From NCBI GenBank assembly GCA_918797485.1, contig CAKKNE010000005.1, forward strand, positions 2,108,001-2,172,000: a stretch of DNA of 64,000 bases, read 5' to 3'. The position numbers were made by a program, and so were the translations under genes. The stretch is from Pelagomonas calceolata. Taxonomy: Eukaryota. The notes below the pieces were generated by a model. That model ran no database searches and was not told the DNA's origin. It saw nothing but the letters and a program-made list of their open reading frames with translations. Shown here piece after piece: positions 55,571 through 64,000 of this stretch (the first letter of the stretch is position 1; the number at the start of each line of letters is the position of its first letter).

Positions 55571-57712
55571 ATGCAAAAGCTGCTCCTGACGCTGCTCCTC
55601 GCGGGGGGCGCCTGCGGCCACCTCCGCGGCGCCGCGCCGGAAGAAGGCCGCAACCTGCGCATCTTCCTCAACGAGCGCGTCGCCGGCCCGCGCGGCCAGC
55701 GCGACGGCGTCGGCCCCGACAACAAAAACGCGCGCGCGCGGAGGCGCGCGAGGCAGCACCTGCGGGCCCAGAAGAAAGAACAGAGACGCCTCCAGGAGCC
55801 GGACCCCGAAGACGACGAGTATTACCACGACGACGATTTCCGATATGAAGATACCGTCGAGGACGCGCGCGAGGCGTTTATTTTCTTCGTCGTCGTGGCC
55901 TGCTTCGTGTGCTGCTGCTGCGGGAGCTGCGCCGCGCGGCGTTTAGCAAGGCGGAACTACCCCCACGGGCGGGAGTTGCGAAGGCCGCTCCTCGACGACA
56001 CGGACGCCGAAGTGGCGCTCGGTTCTAGTGGCGAGGACTGGCCCTGCCCCGTCTGCCGCCACGCGAATCCTCCATCCAGAGCGTGCTGCGACGTCTGCCG
56101 CTTGTCGAGGAAGGACGCGCTGTCGCGAAAGGACGCGTACGAAAACGAGGCCCGGAGGGTTAATGGGTTGGAGGCGAGGAAGGAGCCCGCCTCGCCTTCT
56201 CTCGCGAACTTCTTTTCTCGTTCTACCGATGAGGAAGAGGCTCCTATCAGGTTAACACCGTTGCAACAACGAGCGGCTAGACGGCACCGCTGGCGTCGAG
56301 CGGTTGAGAATGATGGTATCGTGTGGCGCGGCGACGACAGTTCACCTGCATCGGTCGTGCTTGAACTAAGGGAGGACAACGCGGTGATTGTGGAGGCGGC
56401 CGGCGCCACTGCAGATTTAGTAGGCGAGGGGTCGCTCGGCCACGAATACGCGTCTCGAACTAAGCCCGACGAATTGGAACGGGCTTCAGGATTACCCTTC
56501 CGCGAGAAGTACCTCTGGTTCGAGCGGGAATTGGATTCTATAAGAAGCGCGCCGGGCGATGGTTATGCGCGGCTCGACGTGAGAAGGGATCGCTTATTGG
56601 AGGACAGCGTCCAGCAGCTCTTGGCGCTGGAGCCCAAACATTTAAGAAGGTGGATGCGGGTCCAATTTAGCGACGAGCCCGGTATTGACGTGGGCGGCTT
56701 GGAACGGGAGTGGTTCTCGTTGGCGTGTGGTGCGATTCTGGACCAGGACGTGGGCGTGTTTAGCGGCGCTTCCGATGGTGGCTTGAGGTTCGATCCTAGT
56801 GCGTCTTTGCCTCCAGACCTCGGGGGCCACCCGCGGTCCCGAGAGCTCTACGAGTTCTTCGGGCGGTTCATCGGCAAGGCTTTACTAGAAAGGGTACCCT
56901 TGGACGCTCGGTTGGCCTCGCCCATCTACGCGCAGCTGCTCGGCAGAGTCGTCGCGTTCGAGGACCTACAATGTTTAGATGATGATCTAGCGAAGAACCT
57001 GCGGTGGCTGCTCGACCAGAAGGACGTCAGTGAACTAGGCCTCGACTTCTCCGTCTCGATCGCGAGGCGGTGCCCCTTCGGTCACGGTACTTCATCAAAC
57101 GACGAGTTCGTCGCCGCTTCACAAGATGTGGTGGTCAGGGAGCTGATTGAAAATGGCCGCGACACGCCAGTGACGAACGACAACGTCCAGGACTACGTGC
57201 GGTTGTTGTGGCGGCACCACGCCTGTGCGAATGACGCTGCGTGGCACTTAGCTAGAGGGTTGTACGCCGTGCTGCCTCCTGATTTACTATCAGTCTTCGA
57301 CGCTTATGAATTAGAACTACTATTATGTGGAGCGGAGGAGGTTGATGTGGACGACTGGGAAAAACATACGGAGTACGCCGGTGAATATAGGAGGCGCGGC
57401 GCGAACCATCCTGTGGTAAAGTGGTGGTGGAGAGCGGTACGAGCGTTGGAGCCCCAGGACCGCGCCAAATTGCTCCAGTTCTGCACGGGGTCCGCGCGCG
57501 TGCCGTCGTTCGGCTTCCGGGCGTTGCAGCGGAACGACGGGCGCTTCCAGCGGTTCTGCGTGCAGTCGCTACCGCGAACGGCGCCGCGCTTCCCGCGCGC
57601 GCACACGTGCTTCAATAGGGTCGACCTGCCGCTGTACGCGTCTTATGCTGAATTAGCCGCGGGGTTGAGGGTGGTGCTGGCCATGGAGGCGACGGGCTTC
57701 ACGATGGACTAG
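55571..57712 (+). CDS. HECT E3 ubiquitin ligase with signal peptide, TM and RanBP2 zinc finger
   Basis: EPGIDVGGLEREWF, LLQFCTGSARVP, PRAHTCFNRVDLP; N-terminal signal; TM AFIFFVVVACFVCCCC; WPCPVC...CDVC. Confidence 0.9.
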   Translation: MQKLLLTLLLAGGACGHLRGAAPEEGRNLRIFLNERVAGPRGQRDGVGPDNKNARARRRARQHLRAQKKEQRRLQEPDPEDDEYYHDDDFRYEDTVEDAREAFIFFVVVACFVCCCCGSCAARRLARRNYPHGRELRRPLLDDTDAEVALGSSGEDWPCPVCRHANPPSRACCDVCRLSRKDALSRKDAYENEARRVNGLEARKEPASPSLANFFSRSTDEEEAPIRLTPLQQRAARRHRWRRAVENDGIVWRGDDSSPASVVLELREDNAVIVEAAGATADLVGEGSLGHEYASRTKPDELERASGLPFREKYLWFERELDSIRSAPGDGYARLDVRRDRLLEDSVQQLLALEPKHLRRWMRVQFSDEPGIDVGGLEREWFSLACGAILDQDVGVFSGASDGGLRFDPSASLPPDLGGHPRSRELYEFFGRFIGKALLERVPLDARLASPIYAQLLGRVVAFEDLQCLDDDLAKNLRWLLDQKDVSELGLDFSVSIARRCPFGHGTSSNDEFVAASQDVVVRELIENGRDTPVTNDNVQDYVRLLWRHHACANDAAWHLARGLYAVLPPDLLSVFDAYELELLLCGAEEVDVDDWEKHTEYAGEYRRRGANHPVVKWWWRAVRALEPQDRAKLLQFCTGSARVPSFGFRALQRNDGRFQRFCVQSLPRTAPRFPRAHTCFNRVDLPLYASYAELAAGLRVVLAMEATGFTMD

Positions 57713-57842
57713 ATGGTCCCTTTTAATTCTCATTCGTGTGTCTCGAGAAAGTACGTCTTAGTACGTAGAAAAGGGGAACGACTCGGATGGAAAACTTCTT
57801 CTTGAATCTTGTGGGCGGAGGAGGGGACGCCGTGTGCACCGC

Positions 57843-58751
57843 TCACTCCCGACTTTCGTCGACGCGCCGGAAAGCGTCGCAGAGCGCGAGGACGAAGCCG
57901 GCCTTGCCGTGGACGTCGCGCGCCGCGGCGTTGCCCGCGGCGTGGCCGTGGGCCGACGCGTCTCTTAACGTCGCCCAGTAGGCCTCGACGTCGCGGCGCG
58001 ATCCAGGATCGCGGAGCCACGCGTCACAGGTCTCGGCGACGACGGCGCCGAGGTCTTGGGAAGCGCCCGCTCCGAGAGCGAGGAAGTGGCGCGAGGCCGA
58101 AAGGTCGGGGCCGGTGCGCGCGCGTTTTGGGGAAGGCGGCTCCGTCGTCACGGGCGCGGCCTGCGACGGCGGCTTCGCCGGCGTCTCGTCGTCGGCCGCG
58201 GCGCGCTTGAGCCAGGGGCTGCCCCGCGCGCCGCGCGGCGCCGGTGGTAATGGAGGCGGCGGCGGCATGGCCGCGGCGTCCGGCGACGCGCTTTCCTCCG
58301 GCCAGGCGGCGGCCTCCGGCGAGTCAGGTGGTGACGACGGCGGCGGCGCGCGGCGGCGGCGCGGCGGCGGCTTGGGTGACGGCGCCGGCGCCGGCGCCGG
58401 CGGGCTCGCGAAGTCGCGCTGCGACGGCGCGCCGCTGGACCACTCGGTCTCGGGCGCCGCGTCGGACGCGGGCACGGCCTCGGCGCGCCGCTGCGAGTCC
58501 TGGCGCCGGAGGCGCGCCGACTGGCGCCGCCCGATGGCGGCGTCGAACATGCGCGCGAGGTGCGGGTCGAGCAGCAGTGGCCGTCGGAAATGGGGCTGCG
58601 CGAAGGTGATTTGGAGAAAACGACCGCCGTCCCGTAGCACGTGGCCGACGCTCCGCGAAAGCGCCGCCGCCGCGTCGCGAGCTTCGTCCGTCGGCGTCCA
58701 CCTATCGGCACCGCCGTCGGCTACGACAGCGTCGAACGCAGCCTTATCGAT
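57843..58751 (-). pseudogene. Methyltransferase C-terminal fragment (EEF1AKMT4/METTL13-like) in frame with a Pro/Ala-rich hypothetical protein (own ATG at 58550)
   Basis: The frame of ORF 57843..58640 extends upstream as IDKAAFDAVV...VLRDGGRFLQITFAQPHFRRPLL; the N-terminal SAM-binding motif I is missing. Confidence 0.55.
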
Positions 58752-59016
58752 CGAGACAGATGTAGCATTTCTGCCCTTTCGTGTCGTCCGCGCACGCCTC
58801 GACCGCCTCCGCGACGGCCTCCTTGTATTTTTTGTCGGCGTGGTATTGTTCCGCGCCGCCGCCTTTTTTTATCTTCTTGCATAAGTCTTTGTGCCCGCCC
58901 ACGTTCCAGTGCTCCCGCTGGCACTCTGCCTTGCAGTACCTGGTTTTACACCTAGAGCATTGTTTGGCCAGGCGTTCGAGCGGGGCCGCGCAGGCGGCGC
59001 AATTTGTGAGGATCAT
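58744..59016 (-). pseudogene. Truncated paralogue of the MYND-RINGv-TPR gene
   Basis: MILTNCAAC...HKDLCKKIKKGGGAEQYHADKKYKEAVAEAVEACADDTKGQKCYICLDR*, colinear with 17030..18190 but stopping after the first RING Cys pair. Confidence 0.75.
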
Positions 59017-59194
59017 TTTGGTCTGTATGCGTCGTTAAGTCGGGCCTATAGGGAGCTAATGCAATTTACGCTCGAAAAAACCCGAGGCTAACCGGGTGGG
59101 CCTGCAAGTACGGGGGACCCCGCGACTCAGTCAGCCTGAGCCTGAACTAGTCCTAGACCAGAGAACTAGAGAAAGCCTTACCCACCCCTCGAAC

Positions 59195-61054
59195 TCACGG
59201 CCCGCAGCACGGTTTAACGCCGAACTGCGCGACCTGGGCGCAGAGCGCGCGGATCTTGGCGTCCGCGTCGTCCCCGGGCGGCGGCGGCGGCGGCGGCGAA
59301 GCTTCCGGCTTCATGGCCGGAAATAATAACACTTCGCGGATGGAATTCTTGTTCGTCAGGAACATGGTCAATCTATCGATGCCGCAGCCCCAGCCGCCGG
59401 TCGGCGCGAGGCCGTGCTCGAGGGCCACGCAGAAGTCCTCGTCCTTGTTCATGGCCTCGTCGTCGCCGGCCTCGACGTCCTTGCTCTGCTCCGCGAAGCG
59501 TTCCCGCTGCACGAAAGGATTATTCAACTCGGTATAAGCGTTGCAGAGCTCCTTGCCGGCCACGAATAATTCAAAGCGCTCCGTGAGCCCAGGCTTGTCC
59601 CGATGATATTTGGCCAAGGGCGACATCTCGGCGGGATGCTCCGTGATGAAGGCCGGGTTCACGCAGTTGTCCTCGAGCAGTTCTCCCACTAAGTTATCTA
59701 CCAAGCGAGCAACAGTGTGCGGCGGCGCACAAAACTCTATATTCGCAGCTTTATGGGCCGCTTTCAACTTATCAATAGCGTCCGGTAGAGCCAAAGCACC
59801 CTTCGCCGACAACCACTTCGCGTCCACACCAATCGCCCCCAGCTTCTCGACCAGACCATCGAGCATGGGAATCCGCGGCCAGGGCGGCGAAAAGTCGATC
59901 TCCAGCTCGTCGCCGTGCATGGGCTTGTACTTGACTTTATAGGTGCCATGCACCTCCTTGACCAACCCGCTAATCATTTCCTCGGTCATGTCCATGAGGT
60001 CGTGATAATCAGCATAGGCCATATAGAACTCACAGGTCGTGAACTCGGGATTATGCGTCAGATCCATGCCCTCGTTCCGGAACTGGCGTCCGATCTCATA
60101 GACCCTATCCAACCCACCCACGACGCACTGTTTCAAATACAACTCCGGCGCGACGCGCATGAAGACATTGATGCCCAACTCATTAAAATGCGTCACAAAC
60201 GGTTTGGCAGTAGCGCCACCGGCCACCATGTTCATCATCGGCGTCTCGACCTCCAGGAAGCCTCGATCGTCGAGGTACTTCCGAACACCTCTCACTAGTT
60301 TACTGCGAACCTCAAACACTTGGGCACCGCCTTCGTTGACCATCAGGTCGAGGTACCTCTTTCTGAAGCGAGTGTCCGGGTCTTTCAGGACCATCGAGCC
60401 TTGGCCCTTCGGTAGCATATGCAGGCACGGGGATAGGAGCTGTAATTTTGTCGGGAAGATGGATAGCTCGCCTCGCTTCGACTTGCCCGGCTTGCCCACG
60501 ACACCGACGACGTCGCCTCGCCTCAACTGGTCATTGATCACCTCCCACGCGTCGGAACCTTCCTCGTAAGATCGAGGATCGGACATGATCTGGACCTTCG
60601 CGCCGCCGCCATGGAGGTCGTAGAAAATCAATTTGCCCTGGCCGGCCTTGCGCATGGCTCTTCCCGCAATACTGACGGTGGTAGCATCGTCTCTAGCGCC
60701 ATCCGCCAAACCGCTGAATGCCGCAACATATTCCGGTAAGGTGTGCGTGGTCTGGAACTTGTGGGGCCACGGACTGACACCCTTGCCCGCCTCACTTTGT
60801 AGTTGCTGGCGCTGCATGGCGGCGCACCTATTGGCAAAGTACTGGTGCGGCTCCAACTGGTCGTCGGCCTCGGCCGAGGCCATCGACGATTTTTTTTTGG
60901 GGCCCTCGGCGGCGGCCTTGGCCTCGGCGGCGGCCTTCTTCTCGGCCTTCTTGGCGTCGGCGGCGCGCTTCTTCTGGAGTTTTTTCAGGGCGTTTTTCGA
61001 CATCATCTCGCCCGTGACGTCGTCCTTGACCATGTTCTTCGCCTCGTCGGCCAT
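59195..61054 (-). CDS. KARS1: Lysyl-tRNA synthetase (class II, cytosolic type)
   Basis: OB-fold anticodon domain; [43 protein letters not shown]. Confidence 0.96.
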   Translation of the reverse strand: MADEAKNMVKDDVTGEMMSKNALKKLQKKRAADAKKAEKKAAAEAKAAAEGPKKKSSMASAEADDQLEPHQYFANRCAAMQRQQLQSEAGKGVSPWPHKFQTTHTLPEYVAAFSGLADGARDDATTVSIAGRAMRKAGQGKLIFYDLHGGGAKVQIMSDPRSYEEGSDAWEVINDQLRRGDVVGVVGKPGKSKRGELSIFPTKLQLLSPCLHMLPKGQGSMVLKDPDTRFRKRYLDLMVNEGGAQVFEVRSKLVRGVRKYLDDRGFLEVETPMMNMVAGGATAKPFVTHFNELGINVFMRVAPELYLKQCVVGGLDRVYEIGRQFRNEGMDLTHNPEFTTCEFYMAYADYHDLMDMTEEMISGLVKEVHGTYKVKYKPMHGDELEIDFSPPWPRIPMLDGLVEKLGAIGVDAKWLSAKGALALPDAIDKLKAAHKAANIEFCAPPHTVARLVDNLVGELLEDNCVNPAFITEHPAEMSPLAKYHRDKPGLTERFELFVAGKELCNAYTELNNPFVQRERFAEQSKDVEAGDDEAMNKDEDFCVALEHGLAPTGGWGCGIDRLTMFLTNKNSIREVLLFPAMKPEASPPPPPPPGDDADAKIRALCAQVAQFGVKPCCGP

Positions 61055-61146
61055 GGTGCTTGCGTTTCGCGCTGGCTGTGAAGCGAGGCTGTGGCTCGCT
61101 GGTGCTTGCGTTTCGCGCTGGCTGTGAGGCGAGGCTGTGGCTCGCT
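61055..61146. repeat. 46-bp tandem duplication abutting the LysRS start codon
   Basis: 61055-61100 and 61101-61146 differ by one base. Confidence 0.9.
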
Positions 61147-61377
61147 GTCCTCTAGCTCGCGCGGCACTGCGCGGATTTAAATTATAGCTCGCGCAGCGGT
61201 TGTTGGCTTAAACGAGATGCGATCTAAGCACCTCCGACTTGCAAACAATCGCTGTGCTTCGTAAACGCGGCGAATCGCGATTTTGGTCGGCTAGCGTCTG
61301 ATAAGACACTAGCGATTTCGTCGACATCGCCCACTAGTCCTAGCACCGTAACAAGAGGTAGGTCGCATGACATTGTG

Positions 61378-62383
61378 TTAAGCAACGCGGTCCCGCTCGA
61401 GCCCCTCGAAGAGCTTCGGCCACGTGTCCCCGCGGCGCTCGCGGCCCGTCGACGTTTCCGTAGGTGTGGTTTTCACGCCCGCGCCCACAGCCGCCGCGTT
61501 GGACTTCATCACGTCGTCCAAGCCCTTCGCCGTGTCCGCGTAGTAGCACTCGAAGGTCGTGTCGAACGCCGCCTTGGAGTCCAGCGACTCGATGCAGATG
61601 GCCGCGACGTCCGCGCGGTTGATGCGGCCGGACTTCGTGTCGCCCTGATTGAGTTCGACGGCGCTGACGCCGAGCCCCGGGTCGCGCAACAGACCGCCCG
61701 GTCGGACCACAGTGTACCCGACATTCTTCTCCGCCAGACCCGGCGCCGCGTACAATTTCCGCACGGCGTCTTCGCCCGCGATCTTCGCGTCCATGATGCC
61801 GTTCGCGGCCAGATTCAGGAAGATGTACACGGCGCTCGACGGCTTCGAGACGCCGCCCGACGACACGACGACAAGCCTGGGCACGGATTTCTCAATACAC
61901 AATTTCGCGCAGTTCACTAATCCGACATTGTCGACGGCCTTCGCGTTCGACGTCTTTTTGGCGTCGGCCTGGCGCGACGCACTCGCGGCGAAGATCACGG
62001 CGCCCGTCTGCTCCGTGATGAGGCTCGCCAAGCTCGCGGCGTCCGTGACGTCCCCCTTGGCGACGGTGACGAGCTTCGACGCGTCGCCGACAAATTCTCC
62101 GGTGCGCGTCGCGGCGACGCAGGGCCGGCCCTTCTTCTGCAGGTACTTGACGCACCTGCGTGCGCGGATCGTATGCTCAATGACGACTCGAGGACGCCGA
62201 ATCGAGCTCGAGGCCCGTCCCGCCGTTCGCGCCGAGGACCAGGACAGGCTTTGCAGCAGCAAGTGCATTTTGGGTGCCAATAGCTGTGGCTGCCGCGGCG
62301 GCGCCAGGCAGCGCTCGTCGGGTGAGCTGCAGAGCACTCACGTACTGCAGTGCAACCGTCAGAATGAGCAATAGACGATTCAT
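61378..62383 (-). CDS. NAD(P)-binding atypical SDR (Tic62/NmrA-like), plastid-targeted; GC-AG intron 62156-62207
   Basis: VLVLGANGGTGLE|CVKYL, GDVTD, YTVVRPGGL, I.RADVA; bipartite N-terminus. Confidence 0.85.
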
Positions 62384-62595
62384 TTGGTCGTTCTAGGTGT
62401 CAAGTGCCAAAATGCTCTCACTTGGCTTGCAGCCATCTCCGGACGAGTTGTCGCGTTTTGACCAGATAGATCAACGTGCGCCTGCAGGCTGCACCAGGGG
62501 ACTATTGCTCGCCGCTGCGTAGCGTCGCACGCTGCAGCGCACCAGATTGAAGCACTCTGCACGCTGCAGCGCACCAGTGAAGCACTCTGCAAGCT

Positions 62596-63920
62596 ATGCG
62601 GGCGTTGCAATGCGTAGTACGACTGGCACTGCTTGCACCGCTTGCGGACGCACTGCTGGCGCCGCCGCCGCGTTTCACTCGTCGTCGCGGGTCGGCGCTC
62701 GCCGCGGCACCGGTGGCAGGTGCGTCCTCGAAGGTCTTTGCCGCCGCGACGGGTGCAGTGTCACGACTGGTCGTCACGACGGCACTCGGTGCCGCGACGG
62801 TGAAAGCGAACATCGTCACTCCGGAACAGATCAACGGCCTCGCGAAGGTCGTCTACAACTTCTTCCTGCCCTGCTTTCTCTTTACCACGTTGATTCGCAC
62901 GGTGGCTACCTACGGTCTATCACCCGAGTTACTGCTGCTGATGCCCTTCGCGGCCTGCGCGCAAATTGCGATCGCATTCCTCGTCTCCCGATTCCTACTG
63001 GTGCCGCTTGTCGGCGTGAAGCCGCGGTCGGCCGCGGCAAGAGAACTGACCCTGTCCGGGAGCTTCGGCAACCCCGGCGTTCTCCCGTTGCTCTTCTTTG
63101 ACGCGTTGTTCGCCGGCGCGCGCGACGCGTCGCTCCTGCCGCGGCTCGTCGCGCTGACGTCGTTTTATCTGATCGGCTTTACGCCCGCGTTCTGGGCGCT
63201 CGGTAACGCGATCCTCGCCGACGATGATCCAGATGCGGCGTGCTTGGTCGTAAGCCCCGACGAGTGCGAGGCGGAGACACGAGTGGATCGGGCGAAGAAG
63301 GCGCTAACTGCTCTGCTGAAGCCGCCGCCGGTCCGTGCCGCGCTGGGAGGTTTAGCCGTGGCGGCATGTACTCCGCTGAGGGATGCCCTCGTCGGCCCGA
63401 ACGCGCGCCTCGCAAACGTCTTCGCCGCTCTGACACGTTTCTCGGGGGCCTACCTCCCGTCGGCGTCGTTGGTACTGGCCGGGTCGCTCATTGCCGGCGG
63501 CGGCGGAGACGACGACGACGCGCCGCCGGGTCTGAGACGTATCGTCGCGCTCTGCTTGCATCGGTTTTGTCTCCTCCCCGCGCTCGGCGCCGGTGCTTTA
63601 TTTGGCCTCGCGAAGGTCGGCCTGTTCCCGGCGGTGCACAAATCAATTACGCGGGCGTCTCTGCACGTCATCGACGCGACGCCGATGGTTTTTCGCACAG
63701 GTTCCCGGCGCCGCGCGCGTCGCCGCTCGTTTGGTTTTTCCTTCTCACGCAATTCGCCATGCCCCCGGCACAGAACACTGTAGTGATGTTCCAGCTCCGA
63801 GATAACCCAAAAGGAGCGAAGCGCCAGGCCCGGACGCTGCTCGTCGTCTACGCGGCGGCCGTCGCGCCGCTCGCGTTCTTGTTCAACGCGTACCTGACCG
63901 CGTGCGGGCTGAGCGTATAA
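62596..63920 (+). CDS. Auxin efflux carrier / PILS family membrane transporter; exons 62596-63623, 63701-63920
   Basis: LAKVVYNFFLPCFLF, FGNPGVLPL, AYLPSASLVLAGSL, RFCLLP, AMPPAQN. Confidence 0.85.
63624..63700 (+). mobile_element. Young introner intron (77 nt) with perfect 8-bp TSD
   Basis: GTTCCCGG at 63624-63631 and 63701-63708; element CGGTGCACAAATCAAT...GGTTTTTCGCACAG; restores GLFPAP. Confidence 0.88.
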
Positions 63921-64000
63921 GTCTAACACTAGAATAGTTGTACAAACCGCGTGCGGGAAGTAGAACAATAATGAATTTACCTCAGCTCGAGCGCGTCGTA

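Overview
A gene-dense, very GC-rich eukaryotic window with about 40 protein-coding genes and short intergenic gaps. Intron structure, gene content and plastid-type signal peptides suggest a stramenopile alga of the pelagophyte type (Pelagomonas/Aureococcus-like); this is an inference. Recognisable genes include RPT6, GINS PSF3, thiolase, RNase Z, PFK-2, RPS10, SmB, LysRS, an Fe-S D-lactate dehydrogenase, a HECT ligase, a TMEM117-like protein and a PILS-type transporter. Main non-genic signals: (1) About 17 introns inferred from frame restoration, nearly all resembling transposon-derived introners of different ages, with an 8-bp target-site duplication supplying a GT/GC donor, CTGTG...CACAG-type inverted ends and a shared internal CGCCATCGACGCG motif. 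(2) A ~24-bp motif, GCTAGTGTCTTACA-N4/5-GCTAGC, found about 15 times and only upstream of gene starts. (3) A second motif, GTTACGGTGCTAGGACTAGTGGGCGG, at head-to-tail gene junctions and always in the transcribed direction. (4) Several perfect palindromes, including a 56-bp palindrome-of-palindromes flanked by CAGT. (5) A chimeric locus joining a truncated MYND-RING gene to a methyltransferase fragment. No tRNA, rRNA or CRISPR was supported. All splice calls were made by eye and need RNA-seq.
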